A DNA stretch of 63,575 bases, filler included, from Vannella sp. (Eukaryota): assembly GCA_023345925.1 (NCBI GenBank). It is 6 parts of 6 records of this genome, joined end to end, with 100 filler letters (N's around TTAATTAATTAA, not from the genome) between each part and the next. Parts side by side here need not be neighbours in the genome. Positions count along the whole stretch, not along the records: positions 21,901 to 41,954 come from JAJQQN010000381.1; 5 more parts are not named here. The stretch is one strand, 5' to 3'. The translations under genes and the position numbers were made by a program. A model generated the notes under the pieces. It worked only from the letters and a program-made list of their open reading frames with translations, was not told the origin of the DNA and ran no database searches. Positions 22,100 to 32,434 of the stretch are shown piece by piece (the first letter of the stretch is position 1; each line of letters starts with the position of its first letter).

Positions 22100-22620
22100 C
22101 ACTTTCTGGGAATTGGTCACGACCATTTCTCCACCTTTTGTGTAACAAACATCTTCTAAGACAAGCAGCTGTGTGCCCCATTCCCCAGATTGTTGGTTGG
22201 AGAGTTCTCGTTCATGCTTCATAATCAACGATCCCAATGACCCCAACAAAGCCAATCAGCATTGCACCAGACATGCACATGCACTTCCTCTGAAGAGCCG
22301 ATCGGGTGCCAGGTGGTAAGCGGACACAACTCAACTCTCCCTTTTCAGCGTATTTATTCATACTCTGTGAGAACGGCAGCGCTTAGACCTGGAGATGGGT
22401 GGGTGTGGGCAATTAGGAGCAGACAACGCTTCTGATCACTTTAAACCCTCCAGTACCTTCGTTAGGAGGTATGGGCGCCCTGGTTGCGGGAGGATTCCAT
22501 TCCTCGGCTTTCGTACAGAAAGGCGGCCTGCTGGTTTTCGGACACAACAAATAAGGGCCACTTAGACTCAACCACATTACCAATCTGATCATTCCAACAA
22601 TGTCTCCTCTCCCTTTTGCG
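22100..22620 (+). pseudogene. Decayed RCC1-repeat gene remnant
   Basis: From 22480 it reads LVAGGFHSSAFVQKGGLLVFGHNK*GPLRLNH..IPT, an RCC1 repeat with TAA (22552-22554) where Tyr is expected. Further fragments GQLG (~22407) and GIGHD (~22109) lie in broken frames. Confidence 0.6.
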
Positions 22621-22936
22621 GCCCCTCGAACTCTTCATTTTTTTTATGACCGAAGGAGGCAGAAGCTGTGAAGAAATGGAGATCGGTCACTCCACTGGAA
22701 CAAGCAGAGCGCACATTAGAAAGTGGCCTAGTTAGCAAAATGGATCCGTTTCTGATTCGCTGAAGCTTTGAATCATACCCAGAAGAGCGCCCCTTAGAGA
22801 TGTCCCATTGGAGACACCCCTTGCGAGTCTATGAGAATCACCTCCTTGGTTGAGGGGTGAATATCGTACTTTTGTGTTGGTGAGAAAAGTCTTCGCGCTA
22901 TTCATACAGAGAGTTTTTAGTAAAGAATTCAGCAAA

Positions 22937-25900
22937 TTACCATCTTGAAATTTCTAAGAAAGCTTGCATAAAGGAAGTTGCGCCATTATGTAGGCGTTTG
23001 GTGACCAGCATCGCAAGAGTTAATGCCCAAGCACACATTGTTGAAGTGACAAGGAAAAAGGTGGCTTCCTCGAGAGGAAGGTAGACATCAAGAATCATGG
23101 GAACAGTTTTTCTTGGATTGATTATCCAAATACCCTGAATGATAGCCCAACGATCAACAACACACAAGTACACAAATGAAAGAGCGATACATGTTGCCCA
23201 TTGGAAAGTATGCTGGCGTAGGGCTCGAGCACCCAAAGACCATTGAAGAAGTAATACAGGAGTTGACCAAGACAGAATCAAACCAAGGTACAAGCCACTG
23301 GGAACATTCAACAAAAGGTGAACACCAAAAGCGCCTAATCCAGCAAGAAGAACACCAACAACCAAGTTAACCAGCGATCCGTAGAGAGGATAAGTTTTCT
23401 TGCTGTTGACTGGTGGATTCTTCAAAGCATCAAAACTGGGGAACAGAGAAAGCCAAACACCTCCGACCATCAAGGTTTCGATAGAAAAGAAGGCGTATTC
23501 CTCAATCGGAACCCAACCAACCTCGAAAAGAACTCGATTAGGACTATAGCCCCAAACGCCAAGATAAACAAGGAGATTGTCCCATGGTGTAGTGTAAACA
23601 CTGGCAATAGCGCACAATGCCAGAATCCAAAAGAATGAAGCGGTGAAGTATCCTGCTGGGGCTCGGCTCCGGCCAACTTCTAACAGGAAAGCCATCGGGG
23701 GAATCGTGAATAAAAGGTGGAAATGAGAGTAGGAGCATTCTGGTTGCTCACCAAGAGCACTCATGACGCAGAGAGTCCACAACAGGGAGACAATTGGTGC
23801 TGCTAACTGCCATAAAGTTCGAACAAAGAGGACGTAAAGTTCCACAGAGACAATGCGAAGGATTTGGGTCATCGGAATCACTTTTGCAGCAATGGAAAGC
23901 TTTCTTGCCGAAGAAACATGCACCCGTCCATCGAAGATTCGGAATTCAGCTTTCGAAATCTCCTTGTGAATGTCGTGGTACATTAGCCTTGCTAATTTGA
24001 TGGCAGGTCGAACATTAAGAGGAAGAAGCTCGATTCCTTTGTCTGCTGATTTGTAGAACTCATCAGTCCGAGTAAACATCTCCTGAATCAGATTGCGGAA
24101 TGCAGGGTCACTGTGGTCTCTCTGGTTCAAGTCAACCTTATGCTTACGACACAGATCTTCTGGGATGTATTGCCGTCCAAGATCAAGATCCTCATCGATG
24201 TCTCGTATCATATTGGTGATCTGGAAAGCATTTCCTAAATCCCTAGCATGTGGCATGGCCGTCTGCTGATCCTTCAGAGGGTGACTTCCCATTAAGATAG
24301 GGATCATGAAATCGCCAATGACAGCTGCACTTCCATCCATGTAAGAAAGAAGATCCTCCCAAGTTTGACAGACATTCACTCCGATATCCTTTTCCATAGC
24401 TCCAAAGAACCTAACAAATAAGTCATCGGGGAAGTTTCTTCGCTTAGCTGCATCGATAATTGCAGGGAGGGTGGGGTGAAGCTCTTCCAATCCTTTTCCA
24501 GATCTTAAGCAAGACCAAAAATCTCTTTGGAAGTTGTCAAGTTGCCGTTTCTTCTCCTCAGAAACTCGACCAGGCATATCAACGCAATCATCAGCAACAC
24601 GGAAGAGGGCATACATAGCTGCAGTGTCCAAAAACTGACGTGGACTCATCAGGGTTCCAGCAGCAAAATATGTCCTTCCGTAGAGATAGTAGAGTTTGAT
24701 GCACAAAAGATAGGATCGAACCATAGGAACTGAGAGAGAAAGCACATACAAGCCGAGGTGAATGATAAGAGCAGATCCAATAAGAATATAAGATGAAGTC
24801 CAAAACAATTGAGTAAGTAGCAATGGCGTTGGTTGGTTCCAAAACTCATTTGCCGAGAGCTTTCGATCAAGAACTCCAGCTGCAACGATACCAGAGACTA
24901 GAGCTGGAGGAACTCCTGGACCAGGGTGGGTAAGATGACCAGCGAAAACAATGTTATCGGCCAAAGAATCGATAGCTGGCTTGAAAACCAGAGTTTGAGT
25001 AAGGACGTTGGCAAGACCAAAAGCATTTCCTCGCAAGGCGTAGAATTCCTTCTCAAAATCGCTTGGGCCATAGTCCTTACGGAAAGAAATGTGATCACCA
25101 AGTTGTCCGGATCCTTTGGTGGGTTTGACTTGCTTACCCATGCGATTTATAACCAATTGGTACATCTCCTCACGGAAGGCAAGGTCATCCGTACCATTTA
25201 AACGATGAGAAAGGGGAATGAGAACAAAAACTGCTTCTCCACCATTCAACGCGACCAATGGATCTGTTTTGGAAGTAGCAGAAACATAAAAAGTGGGTTC
25301 GGGGTTGTTCTCGTGTTCAACAAAAACATCATTCAAATGCTTTTCCAAATCAGAATCAAAGAAGAATGTGTGATGCAAAAGACCATCCAATTGGCAATCG
25401 AAACCAATGTAGAATAGCATACAGGAAGGTGAAAGAATTTGCCGCTCCCAGTAATCACTGTCGTAACGACGGACGTGCTTTGGAAGTAAGACCTGCTCCA
25501 TATGATGATAGTCTCCAGCTGCAACGATCCCGCTCACACTCTCACAATGTTCCTGACCTTGATCATCGGTCAAACAAACAGATCTTGCAGTTTTTGAGGA
25601 GGAAGGAGACACTCGAGGGTCGTCAAAGTGAATTCGTTTGATTTCAGCATTCAACCTGATCTTGACACCGTTCGAACGTGCGACTTGCTCCAAAGCAGCA
25701 GCTGGCGCGGAAAGGCCATCCTTTTGTGGGTACCAAGTGCCATGAGCATGTCCAGAGTAGGCCAACATCGAGTACATTGCTGGGGATTCGGAAGGTGAAG
25801 CTCCGACAAAGATGACGGGCCACTTGAGAATCGTTCTAGCCACTTCGTCCGAAGTGAATTTAGAAAGATGGGACTCAAAGCTTCCGAACATGTCCATCGT

Positions 25901-26446
25901 GACGGCGGCCCAAGCGAGGGCAGGATCCAAAAGCTCGATAAAACTGGCCATCGGGCGCCAGATCCAATCACCCACACCTTTAACATACTTCTCATCAGCC
26001 TCAGCAAAGAATGCATCCAAGGTATTGGATGGGTCACGCTCATACAGCCAAGCTTTCAAACCTTCCACGGTGCCAGGCACATCGATCTGGTTGACTTCCT
26101 GCGTCGTGGAGTTGGCCAAGAACACCCTATAGGCGGGATCAAGGAGGGTGAGGTTGTACAGATCCGTACGGCGAGCACCAAAGCGATCAAACACGCGATC
26201 AAAGACGTCTGGCATCCAATACCACGATGGCCCAGCATCGAAGGTGAACGCTCCATCGGGGGATCTCAAAAGATGAGCGCGGCCACCCACCACATCAGAC
26301 TTCTCGTAGAGGATCACCTCATGACCAAGCTTTCGCAACTCCAACGCAGCCGTTAGACCAGAGAATCCTCCTCCAATCACCGCAATCGGAGACGAGAGGG
26401 AAAGTCCGATCAAGCCCAGCAGCACCAAGATGGCTACGAGCTTCAT
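22937..26446 (-). CDS. crtIBY: Trifunctional carotenoid synthase: phytoene desaturase CrtI, phytoene synthase CrtB and membrane lycopene cyclase CrtYc/d
   Basis: IAVIGGGFSGL Rossmann motif, FDAGPSWYWMPD and HPGPGVPPAL (CrtI). RVADDCVD and QITNMIRDIDEDLDLGRQYIP (CrtB). TTPWDN, PIEEYAFF and LPLEEATFF in hydrophobic helices (CrtYc/d). A possible last intron could extend the CDS to 22732. Confidence 0.92.
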   Translation of the reverse strand: MKLVAILVLLGLIGLSLSSPIAVIGGGFSGLTAALELRKLGHEVILYEKSDVVGGRAHLLRSPDGAFTFDAGPSWYWMPDVFDRVFDRFGARRTDLYNLTLLDPAYRVFLANSTTQEVNQIDVPGTVEGLKAWLYERDPSNTLDAFFAEADEKYVKGVGDWIWRPMASFIELLDPALAWAAVTMDMFGSFESHLSKFTSDEVARTILKWPVIFVGASPSESPAMYSMLAYSGHAHGTWYPQKDGLSAPAAALEQVARSNGVKIRLNAEIKRIHFDDPRVSPSSSKTARSVCLTDDQGQEHCESVSGIVAAGDYHHMEQVLLPKHVRRYDSDYWERQILSPSCMLFYIGFDCQLDGLLHHTFFFDSDLEKHLNDVFVEHENNPEPTFYVSATSKTDPLVALNGGEAVFVLIPLSHRLNGTDDLAFREEMYQLVINRMGKQVKPTKGSGQLGDHISFRKDYGPSDFEKEFYALRGNAFGLANVLTQTLVFKPAIDSLADNIVFAGHLTHPGPGVPPALVSGIVAAGVLDRKLSANEFWNQPTPLLLTQLFWTSSYILIGSALIIHLGLYVLSLSVPMVRSYLLCIKLYYLYGRTYFAAGTLMSPRQFLDTAAMYALFRVADDCVDMPGRVSEEKKRQLDNFQRDFWSCLRSGKGLEELHPTLPAIIDAAKRRNFPDDLFVRFFGAMEKDIGVNVCQTWEDLLSYMDGSAAVIGDFMIPILMGSHPLKDQQTAMPHARDLGNAFQITNMIRDIDEDLDLGRQYIPEDLCRKHKVDLNQRDHSDPAFRNLIQEMFTRTDEFYKSADKGIELLPLNVRPAIKLARLMYHDIHKEISKAEFRIFDGRVHVSSARKLSIAAKVIPMTQILRIVSVELYVLFVRTLWQLAAPIVSLLWTLCVMSALGEQPECSYSHFHLLFTIPPMAFLLEVGRSRAPAGYFTASFFWILALCAIASVYTTPWDNLLVYLGVWGYSPNRVLFEVGWVPIEEYAFFSIETLMVGGVWLSLFPSFDALKNPPVNSKKTYPLYGSLVNLVVGVLLAGLGAFGVHLLLNVPSGLYLGLILSWSTPVLLLQWSLGARALRQHTFQWATCIALSFVYLCVVDRWAIIQGIWIINPRKTVPMILDVYLPLEEATFFLVTSTMCAWALTLAMLVTKRLHNGATSFMQAFLEISRW

Positions 26447-26704
26447 CAGGGACGAGTGACAGGGCTAAGAACAAAGTGAAAGAGAAGCTCCGACAGAGAA
26501 ACAGAGAGACCGAAGGCCAACGAATGGCGGAGTTCTGATCATTCCATTTCAAAGAACTGATCGGAGACCGGACTTGGTCCCGCTCTTGGAGGTTTCTGAA
26601 ATAATAAACTGAAACTATATAAATAGAAGAAAAAGAAAGTGTTGATTGATTTTCGCATTGCATCAAATCATTCCGATTCAATCGCTCGTTCATTTGGAAA
26701 GGCG

Positions 26705-29700
26705 ATGCCTGGTGGTGGGCTGTCCGAACCCTCTCTGGAGACGGAAGGACCTCATTTGGCTCAAGGTTTGGAGAGCAGCACAGAGAAGGGTTCACAAGAC
26801 TCTCTTCCCAGCACTACATCAGATCCCGTTCCTCCCGTCAATCCCTTTCAACGATCCTCCTCCGTTTTGGATGACAGATGGTTGAGAGGAGATCCCTTGA
26901 ACCATTCACCAAGGTCAGCAGTTGCTCAAACCAAGTACGGTTATCTCCTCCTTCTGGAGAACGAAAGAGGAAGGATGAGCTGGAAACGACAGTTTTTCGC
27001 TATCTCCCCCACTTCCTCCAAGTGGGCAAAGAACGTCACCATGAGGGGACGTAAGCTCCTCCACATCTATAAGAATGAGGAAGCATGGAAGGATGGGCGA
27101 CCGCAAAGGCTCCACGGGATCTCCGATCCCCTTCACTGTTTGCTGATTGATCGAACCTTCTTTACCAATCAACCATACAACAATACCTTTGCTCTCGCAA
27201 GTCCAGATGGTACTCTCCATCTCGCTGCCTCTTCTGACGAGGAGCGGCTTTCATGGATTTCATGTCTGAGCCGCTATATCTTCGCGGATCTTGCTCCAAC
27301 GCGTGGCCCCTCCCCAACAGATCTACCCTTGCTCTCAGATGAAGTGATTCTTCAGCTAGTTGAAAGTTGCTCTCTCAGTTACACAGGAGACGCGAGACCT
27401 CTCTTCCAACCTGAACGGAGAAGAAGCAATAAGCGTTTAAATGCTGCTTTCAGCGCCATTGAAGGGTTTGCATCCATTTCAGCTGGTATTGCTCCAAGAT
27501 CAAATCGGAACAGAACCTCAAGAAAAGGAAACTCTGAGAATAGTCATTTAAAGACTCTCTCTCAAAGTGTCAGCTATTCGAGCAAGGCAACTTTCCAATC
27601 ATCTTCTCTCCCTGAAGTTCTCCAAGCTACCCTTTTCGTCACCAACTATAGGCTTCTCATCCATTGCCCAAGACCAGGAACCCGTATTCCAGAAAAGAGT
27701 AACCGAGGCTCAACTAATACTGCCCCTAAGAATCAGCCAGAGTATCTTACTTTCACTCTGGATAGCATTCACAAAGTCTCTTTGCAGGCTGCCAACTTGG
27801 AGAGGAGTGCAACTCAAAGAGATCTCACAAGCGGAATGAGACCCAATGAAGGAATTCATAACACATCGGATTGGTCCAAGCAATCGATCGGGAGAGAGTA
27901 TAAAGCCAACACTAACTCTGGTTCTGGAGCCCAAAGTGTCCCAAATAGACAGAGAATGCAGATACTTTGCCGAGATTTCAGAGAACTGCTCCTCGGATTT
28001 GATCATTTCAAAAACTCCCATCACCTCATATCTGTTAAGCATTTGACAGAACTTCTTACCCACAAAGTTACTTCCAGATGCCACTCCACATCGTTTCATG
28101 CTACGCCGAATCCAACAGCTCATAATGCGACATTTATATTGGACCTCTCAAAAGAGAAAACTCGCCAAGGAGTCTGCCGTAAAGAATGGCGAGATACTCA
28201 TTTGTTATCTTACTCTGAAGGGACAGTATCTCGACCATCAGAGTTACTATTTCTATCTCCTCTAGTTGTACCCTTCAACTCAACCGAACCCCAACTGAGC
28301 GAAACTACAACAATGAGAGAAGGAGGGCTTTTCATACATTTGAATTGGAGATGTTCCGAAAATTCAGGTGCCCTCTTGTTTTCTTGTCTCAGACGCCGAA
28401 CTGTGATACCGCGCGATGTTCACGCCAATACGCAGAAGGCTAGCACTTTACAACCTTCCATCCTTCTCCCTTCTGGAAATGAAAGGATTGAATCATCCCT
28501 GGAATCAGAGCGTCTGTTGCCCTTAATCGAACCGTTTCCTATACATCATCTAGCTCAAGAAGATAGTTCGAGGCTCCATGAGTTGAACTTAATGGAGGCT
28601 ATTGCCGCTGTTTGTTCACCATCCACTATCCAAATTGTAAATTTTGTAATCCGAAACCCGGGAAACGAATCATTACGTTTTGCTGAAGAAATCAATGATC
28701 TCCAAGGTGTCAATTGCTCGCTTAACAACGTAATCCAGCCTTCCCAAGAACAGCTGTCAGCAGCGTTTCATTCTTTGTACAACAGCCTAAGTTCTGCAGA
28801 TGCAAATGTGGCTACCAGAACGACAGAGGAGGCCCTAAAACATGTTGAATCTTCTAATTGGATGCAATTTAATAATCAGATCCTGAGTACTTGTTTTGAT
28901 ATTGCAAGTGACCTCAAGTCTGGCCAGTGTATCATTTTGCAAGGAGAGTCTCAAGAGTATTACACCGTGATTGTTATCCGCTCTGTGGTTGAGCTACTTT
29001 CAGATCCATTTTACCGTACATTAGAAGGCTTTTGTATTCTAATTCAAAGAGAATGGTGCTCTCAGTTGTCACATCCAACCCGATCTGGTACCAAAACACT
29101 GCAGCGCTCCTTAATCGGGAAGGATCCTTTTATAATTCCTTTTCAGCAATTTCTGGACTTAGTTTGGCAACTTCTGGAGCTATTTCCTAATTCTTTTGAG
29201 TTTGCTCCATCTTTCCTGTTCTTTCTGGTCGATTCTCTTAATACTGGGACACTCCTTTTTCGCTTATCTCTTCAATCTCTCCAAGAGGGCGCTTATTTGT
29301 ATCCAAACGCTTCCAAAGGCCTGTGGGATTTTGAGCAGCACTCTTCACCTCACCCGTTTACCCGACAGAGAATTGATGCAGATCCTCGAACTCTTTCTCC
29401 TAACATTTGGTACCTCACGTCCGTTTTTCGGAACCTGTTCACCAATTCTCTCTACGACAAATCAAGTTATCCTGCCCGAGATGAACCCTTTCCTCTTAAT
29501 TGTTGGCTCCCATATTACATGAGATACTGGGGACTTCAACATTCTCGAAAATTTTACGATATCGCCCTAAACATTGTTGAGTCGATAGATTCAGAACGAA
29601 CCTCATTTTCAGTCAAGGGTCTGGGCCTGCCCTTAATTCCTCCATTGAAAGAGCACTGGTTTGCTCAAATACTCGAAATTGATTTATCCTACAACCTCAT

Positions 29701-32405
29701 CACAAGTATACCCTCCACATTTGGAACATTAACAGGACTTAAAGCTCTTTCTTTAGAAGGGAACTACATCTGCTCACTAGACAATGGACTCAAGCTTCCA
29801 GCAACGTTACGTTTGCTTAATTTGTCCCTAAATCGACTCCAGAGAATCGAATCTCCAGCACTGGACGGATTGGAAGAGTTATACTTACGAGGAAATCAAC
29901 TAGGCTCGTTTAGTGAGGCATTTTTCTGCTGCTTATCAAATTTACAGATTCTTGATGTTAGCGGAAATCAACTTGAGAGTCTGCCAGATACTTTTGAGAA
30001 GCTGTCCAATCTACAAACCTTATGCCTCCAGCAAAATCTACTCATTTCACTCCCTCCTAGCATCAAAGCCTTGGAAAAATTAACTCATTTGAATGTTTCA
30101 CGCAATCTCCTGCAAAGTAGTTCGTCCCTTGATCACATCAAAATGGGCTGCAGGAAAGTGGGGAAATTGGACATTTCGTACAATCCTGCCTTTGATATTT
30201 CCTTCTACTTCTACATGGAACAACTATCTCACCTCCGACTGAGAGGTCTGGCACTACATCAGTTGCCTCACCACATTCGCTCTTTACAAAGGCTTCACAT
30301 TCTTGATCTTAGAGATAACAGCCTCTCTATTTTCCCAAACGAGCTACTTCACCTTAAATCATTGAGAGAAATCAACTTTCAACATAACCAACTCCGAGGG
30401 CTCCCTCTGCACATCACAAGGTTGAAAAAACTGTGGAAGATTAATCTACGCAATAATCAATTGAAAGTAATTGAGCTTTTTCCAATTGGCGGAATGAGAT
30501 CGCTTGAGCACTTGGACCTTCGGGATAATGGCCCAGCTATCACGTCCTCAGCTGGTCGCCTTGTCAATCTCAGCCAATGTTCCTCTCTCCGATGTTTGCT
30601 GCTTGGAGAAGGAGCGTCAAGTATGATGCTGCAGGATTCAGATCTGCGTTCATGGCTTGCAAACCAAAGGCAAATGGCACTAGAGAAAGTCAACTTCATA
30701 ACAATACCCCATATTGTTCTGCTCGGCCCTCCCAACACTGGCAAAAGCACTCTCCTCAAATGGCTACAAAGTCGGCTGATTCTTGGCGAACAATCAATCG
30801 TCTTTTATGAATTCGTCGCCCCCACACAAGGAATGGAGATGCACTCTCGCTTCACCCCTATTCCCCCGAAGTCAACACTCTTCGTCAGCTCCTGGGATCT
30901 TGGGGGGAAAATTGAATTCAGGGCAATTCACGAAGCCCTTTTGCGGCCAAATGCTACATTTATTGTAACATTTGATTGGAAGAGGCGATTTGAACAATTA
31001 GAAGAGTTAGATTCCCACCTACAGCTCCTCCGCAGTCGGTTGGTGTCAGACAAGCATCCAATAATGCTTGTCGCAACATACCTAGAGATGAGTCCTCCAG
31101 AAACAGCACACGCCTGCATGGAAGAAGGACCTGAATTTGTTAGGCTACTGCAAGAGCGCACAAAGATCCTCATCAATTTCCATATGGTTAATATATCGAT
31201 CAAGGCACTCCGCAAATCAACCCACGAACCCTTAATTGTCTCTTGGTTAGAGCGATTCAACTCGTCATCAAATCAGGAACCTTATCCCCAACACCGGCTC
31301 CTAACAGGATCGCTGTTGGACCTTGAGACGGAAATTATTGACCGTCTGAAATGTACCAAAGTTCCAGCTGGTCTAATGGATTTCTATCACGTTGTTTCCA
31401 TAGAAATCCAAAAGAGACCCATACCGAAGGTGAGTTATACCATACATGTTTGGGGATTCTCTTACATAAGGTGACAGATTTCTGTAGAGGAGCTCCACCA
31501 TATCCACAGTCTCTGTTGTCAGGTTGGGACAGCATCTACAGTGGAGAAACTGGTGGCAATCCTTTGTACTGCAGGAATTCTCTATGAGCATCCTGCGTTA
31601 ACCAAAGCTCTGCAAAATCTTGTCGTAGAAGGTGATGGCGACCAAGGTGGAGCATGCGTGGATCCTCGTTGGTTAGTAGATCTCTTACTTGCGTTCCATC
31701 CTGGCGAACTAGCGAGCTATCGGATTCCTGCTAGTGGAATTCTTACACAAGAACAATTGTGCCAAGCTTGGAGACCTCCCATGTTCCCAGAAAAGATCCA
31801 TCCTGCATTGTTAGAGATACTCCAAAGCCTTCGCTTTCTATTTACCATTCCTTCTGAAGGAATGTGTGAAAGGTTCCGCGATTGTCTTTTTAACAAAGGC
31901 AGGGGCCGTGTCGAGAGCCTTAGTCAGTCAGAGGCTCGAGTCATTCTACCTCATTTACTCTCTGAACAACAACCAACAGAAATCTTGCAGGGTTTACTTC
32001 CAAAAGAAGCCCTTCATGCAATTTCTGTGATCCTACGCTCCAGACTCCCAGATACATTTGGGCGGTTTATGGTATGTGTGGTTTTTTATTACAACCAGTT
32101 TGCTCATTCTTTTCCAGGTTGCTTGCCTGGAAGTGGCTCACTTTCTACCACGATTTTTGTGGAGAACTGGAATTCTCCTCGAACTTCCCAATCAATCCTA
32201 TTTGCTTTTGGAATCGTGCTTAGGCGATATTGATGAAGGGCCATCTGAAATCAATATTGGGACCGAACCCCACTTATTCATTCCAGTTGTGCGTGTCACA
32301 AGCTATACTCAATCCCAAGATATTGAGATATGTTACCTTGAAGAGTTGAAATCAATCATTCAACAAATCGAGGAAGATTGGGGGATGTCATCAGGCGACC
32401 AGTGA
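26705..32405 (+). CDS. Roco-family protein: PH, GRAM-like, myotubularin-like (inactive), LRR, Roc and COR-like domains, no kinase
   Basis: PH domain KYGYLL...WKRQFF...LHLAASSDEERLSWI. LFVTNYRLLI. Myotubularin LLSDPFYRTLEGFCILIQREW and FLDLVWQLLELFPNSFEF. Many LxxLxLxxN repeats. Roc GPPNTGKST and WDLGG. COR-like VDPRWLVDLL in later exons. Confidence 0.82.
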
Positions 32406-32434
32406 AGATTTCGTGCTTTATTCAATACAAAAAG

